Assembly (NCBI RefSeq): GCF_009914755.1
Contig: NC_060926.1
DNA from: the human T2T-CHM13v2.0 reference genome, Homo sapiens
Strand: one strand, 5' to 3'
DNA: 64,000 nucleotides
The position numbers and the translations under genes are program-made. This document shows positions 1 to 13,958 of this stretch, piece by piece (within the stretch, counting starts at the first letter, position 1; every line of letters begins with the position of its first letter). The notes under the pieces were generated by a model. It had not been told where the DNA came from, did not search any database, and saw nothing but the letters and a program-made list of their open reading frames with translations.

Positions 1-760
1 CAGGATTACTTTGGCTATTTGAAGTCTTTTTCGGTTTCATACAAATGTAAGGATTTTTTTATTCTACTTCTATGAAGACTGCCATTGGAAATTTGATAGG
101 GATTATATTAAATATACAGATGACTTTGGGTAGTATGAACATTGTAACAATATTTATTCTTATTACTCGAACATGGGATATCTTTCCATTTTTGATGCTA
201 TTGTAAATGGGATTGTTTATTTTATTTTCATATAGTTTGTTGTTAGTGTATAGAAATTCAACTTATTTTTGTATGTTGATTTTGTATCTTGCAACTTTAC
301 GGAATTTATTTATTAGTTCTAGCAAATTTTTGGTGGAGTCCTTATGATTTTTTAATATATAATATCATGTCATCTACAAACATAGATAATTTACTTCTTT
401 CTGATTTGGATTTTTTAATAATTTTACTTTTTCTTGCTTAACTTCTTAGGCTAGGACTTCCAGTACCCTGTTGAACAGAGGCAGCAGAAGTGGTTTGTCT
501 TGTTTCTGATGTTAGATGAAAAGCTGTCAACCTTTAATGTTAAGTATGATGTTAGCTATAGGTTTGTCTTATATGGTCTTATATAGCCTTTACTATGTTG
601 AGATACATTCCTTCTACACCTAAATCGTTAAGAGTTTTTTCATGAAGGGATGTTGACTTTTGTCAAATATTCTTTTCTGCGTCTATCAAGATGATCGTAA
701 GATTTTTATCCTTAATTCCTTTAATTGATTTGCATATGTTGAGCTATGCTTGCATTGCAG
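1..760 (-). mobile_element. Old L1 (L1M-type) ORF2-region fragment, antisense
   Basis: T-rich sequence with typical antisense L1 phrases (gggatatctttccattt, ctaggacttccagtac, agtatgatgttagct, agagtttttcatgaagggatgttg). Confidence 0.85.
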
Positions 761-782
761 CCTCTCCTTATTTAATTTTTAA

Positions 783-1122
<340 letters not shown>

Positions 1123-1428
1123 TAAAAGTACTTCATTGAAGATAATTACACACATTCCTTCCTATGTTATAAATATTACTGATTAAATTGAGAAGTTGAC
1201 TTCTATAACATACTCATTATTTGTTGATGGTACTTTCCCTTCACACACACTTGCTATTTGTTCTATTTTTACTCAAGAACAAAGGTACTCATATTTTCAG
1301 AGCTAAGAATATTTTTTCCTGATTAAAGTGAATTTAGTCTAGAAAAGCAGCATATACTTGTATGTGAAGTGGAAAGTTGTTTTGTTTGTGGGCTAAAAAA
1401 AGTAGTTTGGAGACAAAAGAAAACCATA

Positions 1429-1430
<2 letters not shown>

Positions 1431-1468
<38 letters not shown>
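1431..1468. repeat. (AC)19 microsatellite
   Basis: Read directly. Confidence 0.98.
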
Positions 1469-1470
<2 letters not shown>

Positions 1471-1487
1471 CACTTCCTTCAGCCTTA

Positions 1488-2077
1488 TGTGTTAGTAAGG
1501 GTTCCCTAGAGAGAATCAATAGGAGACTGTGTGTGTGTGTGTGTGTCTGTGTGTGTGTGTGCCTGTGTGTGTGGGTGGGGGGGTAGGGGAAATGATTCAC
1601 ATGGCTGTTAAGGCTGAGAGGACTCACAACATGCCATTTGCAAGGTGGAGACACTGGGATGTTTATAGCGTGACTAACTCCAAGTTTGAAGGCTGGAGAA
1701 CCAGGGAAGCCAATAGTGTAACTCTCAGGCTGAGGCCAAAGGCCTGAGAACCCAAGGGGGTGGGGTGCACCAGTGTAAGACCTAGAGGCCAAAGGCTGAG
1801 GCGCCTGGAGTTGTTGTTCAAGGACAGGAGAGGAAGAGTACATCCCAGCTCCTGCAGATAGATGAACATGTTCATTTTTTCTGTTTTTGTTCTCTCTAGG
1901 CCCCTAGCAGGTTGGATGGTGCCTGCCAAACCTGAGGACAGATCTTCCCCTCCTAGTGCACTCAGACTCACATGTCTCCTCTGGAAACACCTTCAGACAC
2001 ACCCACAAATAATGCTTTACCAGGTTTTTAGGTATTCCTTAATTTAGTGAAGTTGACACCTACATTTAACCATCACA
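1488..2077 (-). mobile_element. MLT2-family (ERVL) solo LTR with internal (TG)n
   Basis: Runs from TGTGTTAGTAAGGGTTC to GTTGACACCTACATTTAACCATCACA; perfect 5-bp TSD CCTTA at 1483-87 and 2078-82. Confidence 0.88.
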
Positions 2078-3240
2078 CCTTACTGTTATAATGACTTGTT
2101 GCTTTTGCCTTATGTGAGTAGACTGGACGCATGACTAAAGATTGCAGTAGAGGAGACAAGCAATTCTGAAATTATGCAAAAGTAGAAATCATTTGAAAAG
2201 TAGTAGTCATTGGGTTTCAAACCTAGATGCTTCTATTCCTACCTGGATTACCTGCTATTATTTCTTTCAGCAATCTACACTAATTTCCTAATAGCAATTA
2301 CTGATCCTGAATATTTTTGTCATGAAAGCCTTCAAATAAATTCACATACAGAAAACTGTTTAACTGAAACTCCTAGTATAAAGCTATACCTCTTTATTTT
2401 AAATACATTGGAAATACAAAAGATTTTAAGTATGGAAATAAAAATTGCCATAATTCCACCACCCAGAAAGAGTCACTATTTAGTATATTAGTCATGGTCC
2501 TATGCCTACATATTTATATGGGTATATTTCACCTGATTCATATGTGTAAATTTGTATTCTATTTGTTCAATTTAATGTTATAAGCAATTTTCTTGCTTGC
2601 CATAAACATCGCTACTAGTGGTGGCAAAATAGTTTTTCATATACATATACCATAATTTACTTAAATATTTATATAATTTCAGACCCAGTTTTTTATTATT
2701 ATAAATAATGGTTCTCAGTGTGTAAATCTTAGTCCAATTTCAAATTATTTCCTGAAGACTTCTAGAAGTGAAAGTAGAGTGTCAAAAGGAGTATTAATAT
2801 TTTTGAGCTTCTTGATTCATAGTTCCAAATAGCTTTGTGCAATATTTGCTAACGGATATTAAAAAGTAGATTTGGGAGGGCAAAAAAAGAAGCAAAGACA
2901 AGAGACCATCTCTGAGGCCAAAGGCAGCATGTGGCTCTAGTAGTTCCCTGTTTACTGGTGCCTGTGCATAGGCAGCTGCTGAGAGGCCAGAGGAGAGGTC
3001 ATGCAGGGCACCATCTTCTAGCCTGTCCATGCACCATGGCCATTAGCAGGGCCTTCCTTCCATTTCTAAAAATGTGTCTCTCGTGGATGTCTCTCAAATG
3101 AAACCCTAATGTGCACGATCTTTATCCTTGAAGGCCTCCTTTGGCAGAAGCAGAATGTTGCCTGTCCATAGTAATGCCACTTGTTTAGTTTCACTTAAAT
3201 TCCTAACATGTATTATGGACTTCTTTTCAGTACTTGTCCT

Positions 3241-3340
3241 TTCCGGTTTTCTCTTCCTCCACCCAAGTCCTATTCCCAGCTTCACTCTCTTCCCTGTTTT
3301 CTCTTCCTCCACCCAAGTCCTATTCCCAGCTTCACTCCTT
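3241..3340. repeat. 50-bp tandem duplication
   Basis: ttttctcttcctccacccaagtcctattcccagcttcactc is identical at 3247-3287 and 3297-3337. Confidence 0.95.
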
Positions 3341-3625
3341 CTTACTTGTCCTACAAAGCTCAAATCCAAAGGCACCTCATAAAGCCCTGTAACAATGCTT
3401 TGTTACATGCTCTCCCAGCAGAATACGTGTCTCCCTCATGGCACTTGGTCATAGCTGTGATGACATGTTCCATGACCCTTATCCTACTGCCATGTAAGCT
3501 CTAGGTGGGCGGGTCTGAGTCTGTCTCACTCCTTCACTGTATCCGTAGTCATGAGAATCAAGGTGGCCCATATGAACTGCTTAATAGAGAACTGCTAAAT
3601 AGAGAACTGCTAAATAAGTCAATAA
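3340..3625. mobile_element. Degraded L2 3' fragment
   Basis: Motifs aaagctcaaatccaaaggcacctc and ccatgtaagctctagg...gtctgtctcact...cactgtatcc. Confidence 0.55.
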
Positions 3626-5940
3626 AAAAATGAAGGAGCCTGTCTTTCCCAAAAATGAAAAAGAGCCTTGATTTGATTCCCGAGTCACCCTGAGTTTGTG
3701 AATAGGAAGGTAGCTTGAGCTCACAGGGCAGTCTTTTCCCTACATTTGCTGACAGCGTGCCAGTCAGTGCTGGTAGTTCTCAGACAAATCAAATTAGAAA
3801 TGGTTGTACTCATTTGGAAAATCAAGAACTGGCTTTGAAATCTTTCCCCGCAAATTAGATTGGATCAAGATCATTTTCTCCAGCTTATAAATGCTTGATT
3901 GGCTTTGTTTGATGCCTCATGACTGAAGCTCAGCTTTGCACTGCTAGCTTTATTTTTTACTCACCAGGGTGTTGTGGCGTCTAGATGATGATTAAAAACA
4001 AAACAAACACCCACAATGAAAAAGTTTTGTAAATAACAGCTCAGCACAGTAATGTAACCCTTGGAAGCGTCACACATAAGAAACTTGAAAAATAGCCAAG
4101 CTAAGCAGAACTTCAAGCTGGGCCTGCTGTATTCTCTTCAGGTCTTAAAAATTAGTTTCCTGGAGTGGCGGGACAGCCACACCTGACTTACTATTTCCTC
4201 TCAGGAATAATGAAGGACGTGCCAGGATCTCACTGTCCCTACGGTAGAGGAGTCTCAATGGGAGCAGACTGTCTGTCTTCCTTCCATCTTCTTCACCAAC
4301 CCATGCATCCCCTTTCTCTGGCTTCTGCCTTAGTCACCTGATTGGATTCAGATGCATTCTCCTTTCAGTCGTAGCCTATCCATAGCTACCTGGATGTATA
4401 ACCTCAGGTCTTTTTTCAACAAAGAGTAGTCCCTTATTCTTGTTTTATTCTTCCCAGGTGACTCAAGGTCAGACCAGAGCTTTACTGTTGAGCTGGTAAG
4501 CAGTGTTTGAAGCAGTGGTGACAGCCTGGTTGAGAATCCGCTAGAGACCATGGATCTTGCATGGTCCTCACACGCTTTTTATTTATAGCTTTTTTTATTT
4601 TCAGGTTTTCATTTAAAGCAGAGCAGCCAACAACTTTCTGGAGTCTTCCACAAAATAGCTAAATGGCTTGAGTCACTAATAGTAAACAGTAATAGGTGTC
4701 TTTGGGTAGTGAAAGGAGTCCAAAAGGAATGTGCTTGAATATCCAAAATAACTGACCAATGTTTGACTAGAGGTATAATGCCCACTAATAGAAACACCTC
4801 TGAGCCATTTAACAGTGATGGTTCACTTTAGCATAACCTATTGTCTATGCAGCCAACATAGGGTTGGCAAGTAATTCAGTAAAAGTCTTGAAAGAGGATG
4901 GACTCCTAGCAGAAATATAAGGCAAAGCCAGCATCCAAATGGAAAATTCAAGCAGAATTGTCTTTTGTTGCTAAGTTCTAAAGTTTTTCATGTACATCAA
5001 TGACCTCAAGTGAAATAACCAAAGGATTATGTTTAATCATAAAGCCAGGAAATGAGTACAAATGAAGCCATTTGTTAAGAATGTCTCTCTTCTCATTTCT
5101 GATAGGTACTTGTTCTAGCTTAGTAAATTATGGTTTCTATGCCACGTGCTGAGACCTGGCTAAAATACCCAGTGACCAATGAACATACGAGAGTCCAGGT
5201 TTAGGAATGTTTGACTAACATGGAGGCCTGAGCTCCCTGTTCAATACATTTCAGTCTATTCTTTCTATTATACAATCACATTCAGACCACTGCAGTGGTT
5301 CCATCCTTGTGTCTATCAGCAGAGCAGCATCTTCTGAAGTTCTTCGTCTGTGTAACAGATAAGTGTAAATTCATTCGATTGGTTCTGTAGTCACATGACA
5401 AAGACTTAACTACTACTGTGTTCTCTGTGTCAAAAGTCTTGAGGAAGTAAACCTTCTGCCATGACACTCCTGTCCATCAGTCATGAGATGATCATGGTAA
5501 TTACACTATTACTGCAATATCTCCTTTTGGATGAGTTTCTCTGCGACAGAGGAAAGCTTTTAGGTGGATGGGTTTTATTGGATTTCCATCAGCATATGGC
5601 ACACTTCTGGTTTGGTGGCAGAATGGCCTGAATACGTCTTCAAGGAAGGCGCTGCTTAGAAACTTCATTCTCTCTCACGGTTTGCTTCTGGTTTTCATTG
5701 CATAGTCCCTGAACTGGCACCTGTCTAAGTGGCTGCATATAATTTCTCCCATTTTATCTTCTGCAAGAAAGTTGCAACCATTGTAGTTCCTCATACAGCT
5801 CAGCATTAATCTAGCTTTCTCTTTGTAAAATATTTTAGGCTACAGTTTCTGGGGAGGGGGAGGGAAGGGGAAAGCATAATCAGTCAATTGGTTATTATAC
5901 TCTTGTAAGTGTGTTTTAAAATATCAGGCTTCTTATTTAC

Positions 5941-6066
5941 TTTTTAAATAGAGATTGGGTCTCATCATGTTGCCGAGGCAGATCTCAAATTCCTGGATTG
6001 AAGTGATCCTCCCACCTCAGCCGTTCTAAGTGCTGGGATTACAGATGTGAGCTACCACGCTTGGCC
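5941..6066 (-). mobile_element. FLAM or Alu left monomer
   Basis: Single monomer from tagagattgggtctcatcatgttgcc to gtgagctaccacgcttggcc. Confidence 0.88.
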
Positions 6067-7248
6067 TTCTTATTTCTTTAACACGTAAAAATATATCATC
6101 TTTTGCTCACTTCCTTTTTATTTTAATATACTTATCATGGATTGTGATTCTTGGCCTCTTTCCTGCATCAAGACAGGAATTATTAGGGAAGAGGCCTAAG
6201 TTTCCCTCTTTAGAGCCTGCATCATTCAAAGAAAAAGTCTTCTAAAATGTAAATACTTGGTTACACTTCTCATGCCAACAACAGAATGATTCAGATGATC
6301 CCCAAATCCTCTCCAAAGACAAGACAGATGGTAAAGATGTGGGTCTTCAGTCTCAGATACCCAAGGTTAGAGAAACAAGTGGGAATATTAGGGCCCTCCA
6401 GCTCAATAGCCTCAGGTTACAAAAAAGAAACCTAAGCCTCTAGAATTGACTTACCTCTGGCCACCCAGAAAAGCATCAGATCTGGGAAAAGGGAGAAACA
6501 ATAAGCCAGGAGCAATGCTAGATACATTGCACGTGGTCTCATGTGGTCTTAAATCATCCCACTACTATTATTCCCCAGATCATGAAGGAAACAATGAGGA
6601 CCAGAGAAAGGCATGTTTTTTTTTCCCTAAATATTTGTAACAAGAATCTAGTTCTGCCTAAATTTAACACCCTCACTTCCTTCAGAATTCAGAGCAAGAT
6701 GATCTATACCAAATTGTAAACCTATTGTGTAAGGCATGGGCAGTTATCAAAAAGTAGCTAATTATTACAAGGCAGTATAAGAAACATAATAGATTTCCAC
6801 AGGTAGCACACACGACTGGAAGCCCATGGAGAAGGCAGCCACTGTGGGATGGATGTCAGGAAAGGTCTGGGCATGGGCAAGCCCAGAAGGCTTGCTGGGC
6901 CCTGCAGGGCAAAAGTGGGGATGGAGGGTGCAGAGGAATGAAGAGGTCATGCCTGGTGGAGGAAGGAAGGCACAACGTATGTCTAGAGGACAGCTTTGCT
7001 TTTAGTGTGTCTCTTCACTCTAGTGAGGGTAGTGCCGATGACGAGGGACACAATCCAAGGGAGGTGATGGTCTATCAGTAGTCAGCAACCATCTGTGCTT
7101 TCCTGTTTGAAATCCATTGTACTCTCAGAGAAGAATGGGAACCACACTTGCCCCTCCAGCACCTTCCTCAGTCAACACTTTCTATCAATTGTACTGGCAA
7201 ATTTCTCATAGATCTGTTTTCTTTTCTCACTCTCCCACATTGTTATTG

Positions 7249-7720
7249 GTATTAATCAGTGTTCTCCAGAAAAGTAGGGCCAGGATCTCTATATATGTGG
7301 AATACATATATGAAAGAGAAATAGATTTGAAAGAGAGATTGAGATTTATAATGAAAAATTGGCTCACTGGACTACAGAGTCTGGGAAGTCTCATGATCTG
7401 CAGACCCAGGAAAGTCAGTGCTGGTCTGTATTTGAAGGCCTGAGTACCAGAAGTTGTAAATCCCAGCCTGAACGCTGGAGAAGACGAGATGAAATTTCTT
7501 GATGGAGCCAGGAGGAAGGAAAAAAAAAAGTACAAATTCCTCCTTCCTGTGCATTTTACTCTATGCCCTCAACGGAGTGGATGATACCCACCCACATTGG
7601 GGAGGGCACTGTACTTTGCCAAGTCCACCAATTTTAATACTAATCTCATCCGGAAACACACAGGGCCACACCCAGAAATAATGTTTAATCCGGGCACCTC
7701 ATGGCACAGTCGAGCTGACC
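7249..7720 (-). mobile_element. MLT2-family LTR (MLT2C/D-like)
   Basis: Motifs gtattaatcagtgttctccagaa, aattggctcac, cccacccacattggggagggc, ctaatctcatccggaaacac, cacccagaaataatgttta. Confidence 0.8.
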
Positions 7721-7751
7721 AAGGAAAGACTGTAGTGGGTCTCTAGAGAAG

Positions 7752-8157
7752 TGTTGAAAAAACAGTATTCTTTACAATTGTTAGAGAAGATAACGGGGGC
7801 TACTAAATGGGGTTTTATAGTAGCAGGAAAGATTGGGCTCAGCTCTGAATGCAATAAAGAAAAGTGGGGATTTATAGCCAAGGAGTAGGGTGGGGGTCAG
7901 GGAATGGAAAATTACTTAGAGGTAGGGTACTTCTTTGCTAAACTAGCCCAACAGGAGCTTTGTTGAAGGCAGACAAGTGTGATAATATATCCAAGGAGGT
8001 CAGACCAAGGTGGGAGGTTTTGGTATACTGAACTCTGCAGAATTCTTGCTAAAACTGGAAAAAACGGGACATGGACAGAGCCCAACATCACACCTAGTAC
8101 AAGGGAGGACTCAGAGGAGCCTGGCTAGAGTTAGATCAAGGAAAGAGTCTTTTGCCA
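7752..8157 (-). mobile_element. ERV1 LTR (MER31/MER67-like)
   Basis: Ends ggactcagaggagcctggctagagttagatcaaggaaagagtctttt, the reverse of the TGACAAAGACTCTCTCCTTGACC start; internal gggatttatagccaaggag and ggaaaattact. Confidence 0.7.
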
Positions 8158-10289
8158 GAAAAAACAGACATTGTCTGGGGATCCCTAGGGGCAAATGTCT
8201 ACTCCATCTTTGGCCCAGCACTTCTGAACATCTTGGCTGTTCGAGAAGGGGCATGTATGACAGTGAAAATATAGGGCACTAAGAACTACCATCTTAGGAA
8301 CAATAGGAGACCTACACTTGGCGGGACCAGTGACTTGTGGCAGTTGCTGCCCTGGGTGGTCTCATTATCATCTGGAACAGCAGTCACAGTCAGACAGAGG
8401 AGCCCACGGTTCAACTGGAGCTTTGGGGGTGTGGTAAGGAAAAGCACTCAGACCCCAAGGATTTCCTTCCTTCCTTGAAGACTGACTTCCTTTTTGGACA
8501 ATGAAAGACCCTGGAGTTCTTATAAGATATAGGGAGGAAAAAAAGGACCCATGGCAGCTCACTGACTTCCTTTCAATCTCACTTATGAGGTCAAGGCCAG
8601 TGGTTTTACCTTGAAGGTTTGATCAATGCATCCTTCCTTGCCAGGCATACTTTGTACCAATTACAGTAAATTAGAGTAAGTACATAAAGTGAATTTAATT
8701 ACTACAGCATGCAAAGGATCAGGTCACATTTATGTGTACAATTAACTAATCCCTGTGCTTAGCACAATTTTATAATGCTTGAAAAATCTTGAATGAATGT
8801 TGAAATCTTGAATGGAATTAAACATACAGAGGGACAAATGGGCTTTGGGGAATGAAACTTCCTTCTCGGGAATAGGAGGAATGATATTTGAGAAAGAGAT
8901 TAAAAGATATATAGGGTAGAATATAGGCCACTGACCATTTGCCATGTCTCCTTTGACACAATTCTAAAGTAATGTCTTCTCACATGGCTTTTCTAAATGG
9001 CCGGTGGGAACTTCCTCAAATGCCGTCTTGAGACAGATTCTGGAGACACAAATGGCACTACTGAAAATGGTCAGTCCATGTTGATTTCAAAAGTAGCATT
9101 TTTACATGCAGTTCATTTTTCTTTTTTCTCCTCCCTTTGGTGAATAGGGGTGACACTGATGGCCCTCAACACTGTACGTCATTTCTGTCAGCAGTAAGCA
9201 CAGCTGAGACAGGACTGTCAGAATAGTGGCACACAGCAGCTATGTGACAGGAAACTGAGCTGCCAACACTCACGTGAGCCCAGAGAGCTGGGTCAGATTC
9301 TGTGTAGAAGGAATTTCCCATCCACCCACATATTTTCTCTCCTACTTGCCTTTGGATTTGCCCTTAGAGAATACAGTAGAGGCATGCGCTAAAGACAAAG
9401 AAGTTTTAGATAGCTGGAGTGGCTTCACAGGGGCAAGAATGATAGAGGGAAGTGTGAAGGGAATCGGGGGAAGGGAGAGAGAAGCTGGCCTAAGGTGAGC
9501 GAGGGAGCTGTCCAAGGACCGAAAGCATATCCCAGTGCATTTCAAAGTTTTCCTGCTTTCTGTTGAGCTAGGTGTGCATCCCCACTCACAACCTTATCTT
9601 AATAGTGACAATCTCTGAAGGCATTTATTTAAAGCCCTTGCTCTGGAGAACCAATCCAGGAACTCCTTAGATTCTGAGCAACCCTGTATTGTGCTCAAGA
9701 AGTTGGGCCCATTAAACAATGAAATGAAGGGAGACTGAGGAAAGAGAGCCAGGCCTCTGGTCAGATGTGAGCAAACTGATCAAATAAGGAAAGAATCTCA
9801 GGTCCTCTACTCCTCCACTGTCCTGAAGCCGCCTTCCATGGCTGTGATCCAGAGAACACTCAGAAGAGGGCTTGGGTGAAGCTAAACTGGGTTTTAGATA
9901 ACTCCTGGAAAGGGGATACTTTTGCAACCTCCTATGCCTTTGCCTTCTTCATCTTTGTGAACATTCCCACTCTACACAACCTCAGACTTTGAATGCAGCT
10001 GTGTTCTGGCAGATTTGTTTTTACAAAAATGATACTGACCTCAGGAAAGGAAAAGATAAATAAAAGTTATTACTACTTCCTAGCTTCTCTGCAGAGCATT
10101 TGTGATTTGGCTTCTTCCAAAAGACAGCCCTACCACAATGAGTTGGCCATCATTGGTGATGTTTTTATTCTTGAAAGGGAATTTACCAGAGATCCAAAAA
10201 TGCAAATTAAAACAACTGTGAGATACCAAGAGCAAGTTGGTGGATTTTTTTTTAAATGGTAGCACTCAGTGCAGAGGATGGAGGTATCA

Positions 10290-10500
10290 GAGATGGTGGC
10301 TAAAAGCAAAAGCCTCCAAGTTAGACAAACATGGGTTTGTCTCCCATGTTTCCTGCTAACTAGGCACATGGCTTTTGCTAAGTTATTTATTCTAAGTCTG
10401 GCTTGTGCACCCTTTAAATGAAGAAAATAATACATTACGGCATTGTTGTGCAGAATTCACAAGATATGTATGTAAGTGCCTATCCTATTGCCTAGCACGG
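10290..10500 (+). mobile_element. MIR
   Basis: MIR core-like text (agttagacaaacatgggttt, aaatgaagaaaataata, ttgttgtgcagaatt, gtaagtgcct). Confidence 0.65.
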
Positions 10501-11756
10501 TGGGGATGATATATACTGTGGGTGATTGCTTGACGGATATCAAGGTCCTTACCCTTTGACACATTAATTAACTTGTGAGGATCTAGCCTGAAGGGAAGAA
10601 AACATCTAAACAACTACAACAAATGATTCATGCAATAATATGCTCATAGCAGTGTGACTGATGGATGAAACATTAGAAATGTGCTACTGGTAGAAGTTTG
10701 GGGACTGCTATTCATTTTCAAGAATACAAGACTGTCATAAACAAACATGGTTGGCACCTACGGATGTTCTTCCAGGTAGAGGCTTTTGGAATCAAACCAC
10801 TACGCTGCTCTGGAACTGAGAACTGTACTGCGTATCTAACTCTGCCACCTGGCCACTTCTGTGGAAAGTTAAATTCAGGTAGCCATTCAGGTTAGGGCAT
10901 TCCCCTTGTGGGATCCTTACCTTTTTTTTGCTATGCAAAGAATAATCTTCTTAGTCTTCTTTTGGGTTCGATGCACACTTAATATTCCCCATGACCAGTC
11001 CTTTCATCTACTCCTCATCTATGTTATTGAAAATACTTTTACTAAGTTAAATATATGGCCCATGTCACTGCACTGTTTCTAAGTTTGAATGAAAACTATT
11101 CAGGAAGCATCAGAGGGCTTTCAAGCTCTGCCTCTCTTCACCTTTCCAGACTTACCTCCTTTATGCTACCCGGACCTTCCTGTCCTACGAACTACTTAGA
11201 AATGGCAGTTTCCCTGGAATTTCATAGGGATGCTGTTTTGCTAATTTCTTCAAGCCTTTGCTGAAAATGCTAGTCAAGTTACCCCCACTCCACCCCTTTC
11301 CTAATTCCTTCCTTTGTTTTGTTTTCCTTCGCATAACCTTTGCTTGTCCAGTTATTTCTCCTGTCCGGCTCCCGCTGGAGCTAGTATCTATCCCTTTTTT
11401 AGCACGTTCCACATTGTGAGCTTGGCACATAGTTGACTTGCCATAGGTATTTATATAATGAGTAAATGTAATTATTTTTACGCCCCTTAGAAAGTGTGGA
11501 TACTTCCATCCCCCTTCCTTCTGGGACTCTCAGATGGCCCTCTTTGCAGATAGCATTGTGATCCTTAACAAATGAGCGGAAAACGATCTTGTGAGTGTGT
11601 CTGAGCAAAGCCGACATTTTTTTCTTCTTTAAGATCTTGCCGCTGAATGTGGAATGATCCTGAAATTAAGGTCAGCTCCAGGTGGTTGTTTATATCAGCT
11701 GTCAGATTGCGGAATAAAAAATGGCTTTTATATGTTTGACTTTTATTGTTTTCCAG

Positions 11757-12021
11757 GGCAATGTCACTTTTTCCTGCTCCGAACCACAGATTGTGCCCAT
11801 CACATTTGTCAACTCCAGCGGCAGCTATTTGCTGCTGCCCGGCACCCCCCAAATTGATGGGCTCTCAGTGAGTTTCCAGTTTCGAACATGGAACAAGGAT
11901 GGTCTGCTTCTGTCCACAGAGCTGTCTGAGGGCTCGGGAACCCTGCTGCTGAGCCTGGAGGGTGGAATCCTGAGACTCGTGATTCAGAAAATGACAGAAC
12001 GCGTAGCTGAAATCCTCACAG
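11757..12021 (+). CDS. CNTNAP5: CNTNAP5 internal coding exon (probably exon 8; 265 bp, phase 0 to 1), N-terminal part of the second laminin-G domain
   Basis: Acceptor ttttattgttttccAG at 11755-56 and donor G|GTACTG at 12022. Translation [52 protein letters not shown]...AEILT(G) contains the Caspr LamG motif [10 protein letters not shown]. Splices in frame to 31797. Confidence 0.95.
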
Positions 12022-12168
12022 GTACTGTCTGCTGACACTCTGGATCAGCTTCTTGTTTATCCAAGTCGACAAAGGTTGAGGTCCTGACAAAAACATACAG
12101 AATCCAAATCTCAGGGATATGGGTTAGCCCAGTATTCACAAATGTACTCCAAGTCTGAAGAGGCAGCA

Positions 12169-12470
<302 letters not shown>

Positions 12471-13501
12471 AGCATTTTTTTTTCTTAGTAGGAAGCAAAA
12501 CAAAAAGTGAATTTATAATTAGCTATGTCAACTTTGGTTAAGTGCTTAAATTTCTTAGTCTCTTAGCAGTCTCATTGGAAAGATGGGAATAAGAATTCTT
12601 ACCTGGGAGTATTTAGCATAATCTAGACCATTTATAGAACTCTCTGCTAGGTTCTCTATAAACATGGCATGTTTCATATGGAATCTTCACCATGCTTACA
12701 GAAGGAAGTTACTATTTTACACTTAATAAATGAGGAAATCAGAAGTCATGGCAATCACTTCAAAATTCCACGTTCCTAAGTGATGGAGCTGGGAATTTAT
12801 CCTGAATTTGCCTGACTTCCAAGTCTATATTCTCCTCTTAAACCACATTACCATGGAAGTTTGTATAACCCCTAAATTCTATTTCAAGTAAAAATCAGTA
12901 AATTTAAAACCATTTAAAAAATATATATGTATACATATATATTTTAAATGTATTGAGTAAATGCTAGTACATATGACACCAGGGAATGGGAAAACTTTTA
13001 AATGGTCCTCAAATGGCCAAAATTTGGGAAACACTGATTCATTGCCATGTACTACAGATCTTACTGCCTAGCAATACACAGCAGGTCGGTGAACAAATTG
13101 TATTTCTGGATACCCTGGCTCCTCCAGCTGCTGTTTCTTCAACATGAAACAGTGGAAGTCTCTCTCTCATTCTCTGTTATGTTACCAATCTCTGATGTCC
13201 TTCAAGCAGCGGTGTATTTACTAAGTTGACAAATACTCATTGAGGTCAAATCTCACATGCCAAGGATTGGGCAGGGATTGGTCTGCGGCATGCTGATCGA
13301 TGAAGAAGTTCTTTCAGAAGTCTCCCTGAATAAACAATCTGAATAAAAACCTCCCTCTGCTTTTCACCGCAGGTCAACATCCATCATGGATTATACTACA
13401 ATTTAATTTAGATGCCTTTTTCTCAACTGGACTGCATGGTTCTTTTATCCAAGTAGATTAGCAAAAATTAAGTTAAATTGTAAAGGATATGACTTAATAG
13501 T

Positions 13502-13958
13502 TGTCGACCTAAAAGGAAGAAGCCAAGGCAATATTAATATAAGTAGATAGTTTATTTGGGCCAAGCTTGAGTATTGCAACCTGGGAATATAGATTCAGGT
13601 TGCCCTGAATGTATATTCTGCTCTGATTAGCTGCAGTTAGAAGCAGACTTTTAAAGAAAAAAAAAAAAAAAAAGAGGCAGTTTCTATGTTGTTTATCAGA
13701 AATTTACATTAAAATCATACCAGCTAAAGATTGCCTGTGCATTGTTCTTTGTATCGCAGATTCCAGGAGCAAGAAGATAATGGGTGAGGCAGGTAGTCAG
13801 GAAAAAAAAATGACTTTAAACAATTGCCTGGAGCATGGGTGCCTTGAGCTCAGGGGAAGGGTGTGTGACTGAAGTTTCATACTCATGCCTCTCTGGGCCC
13901 AATATACTTTGCATCACTCACATAGTTCAGACTGCTCTGAGCTGTTTTTCTTTTCTCA
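13502..13958 (-). mobile_element. ERV1 solo LTR (MER34-like)
   Basis: TG...CA termini (TGTCGACCTAAAAGGAAG to TTTTCTTTTCTCA) and 4-bp TSD TAGT at 13498-501 and 13959-62. Confidence 0.82.

Noticed and set aside
3583-3616. 15-bp tandem duplications here and at 58501-58528
   Set aside because: Ordinary slippage-scale duplications with no sign of function.
11721-12035. 104-aa ORF as a standalone gene
   Set aside because: It is the CNTNAP5 exon plus intronic extensions on both sides; splice sites delimit the real coding part.
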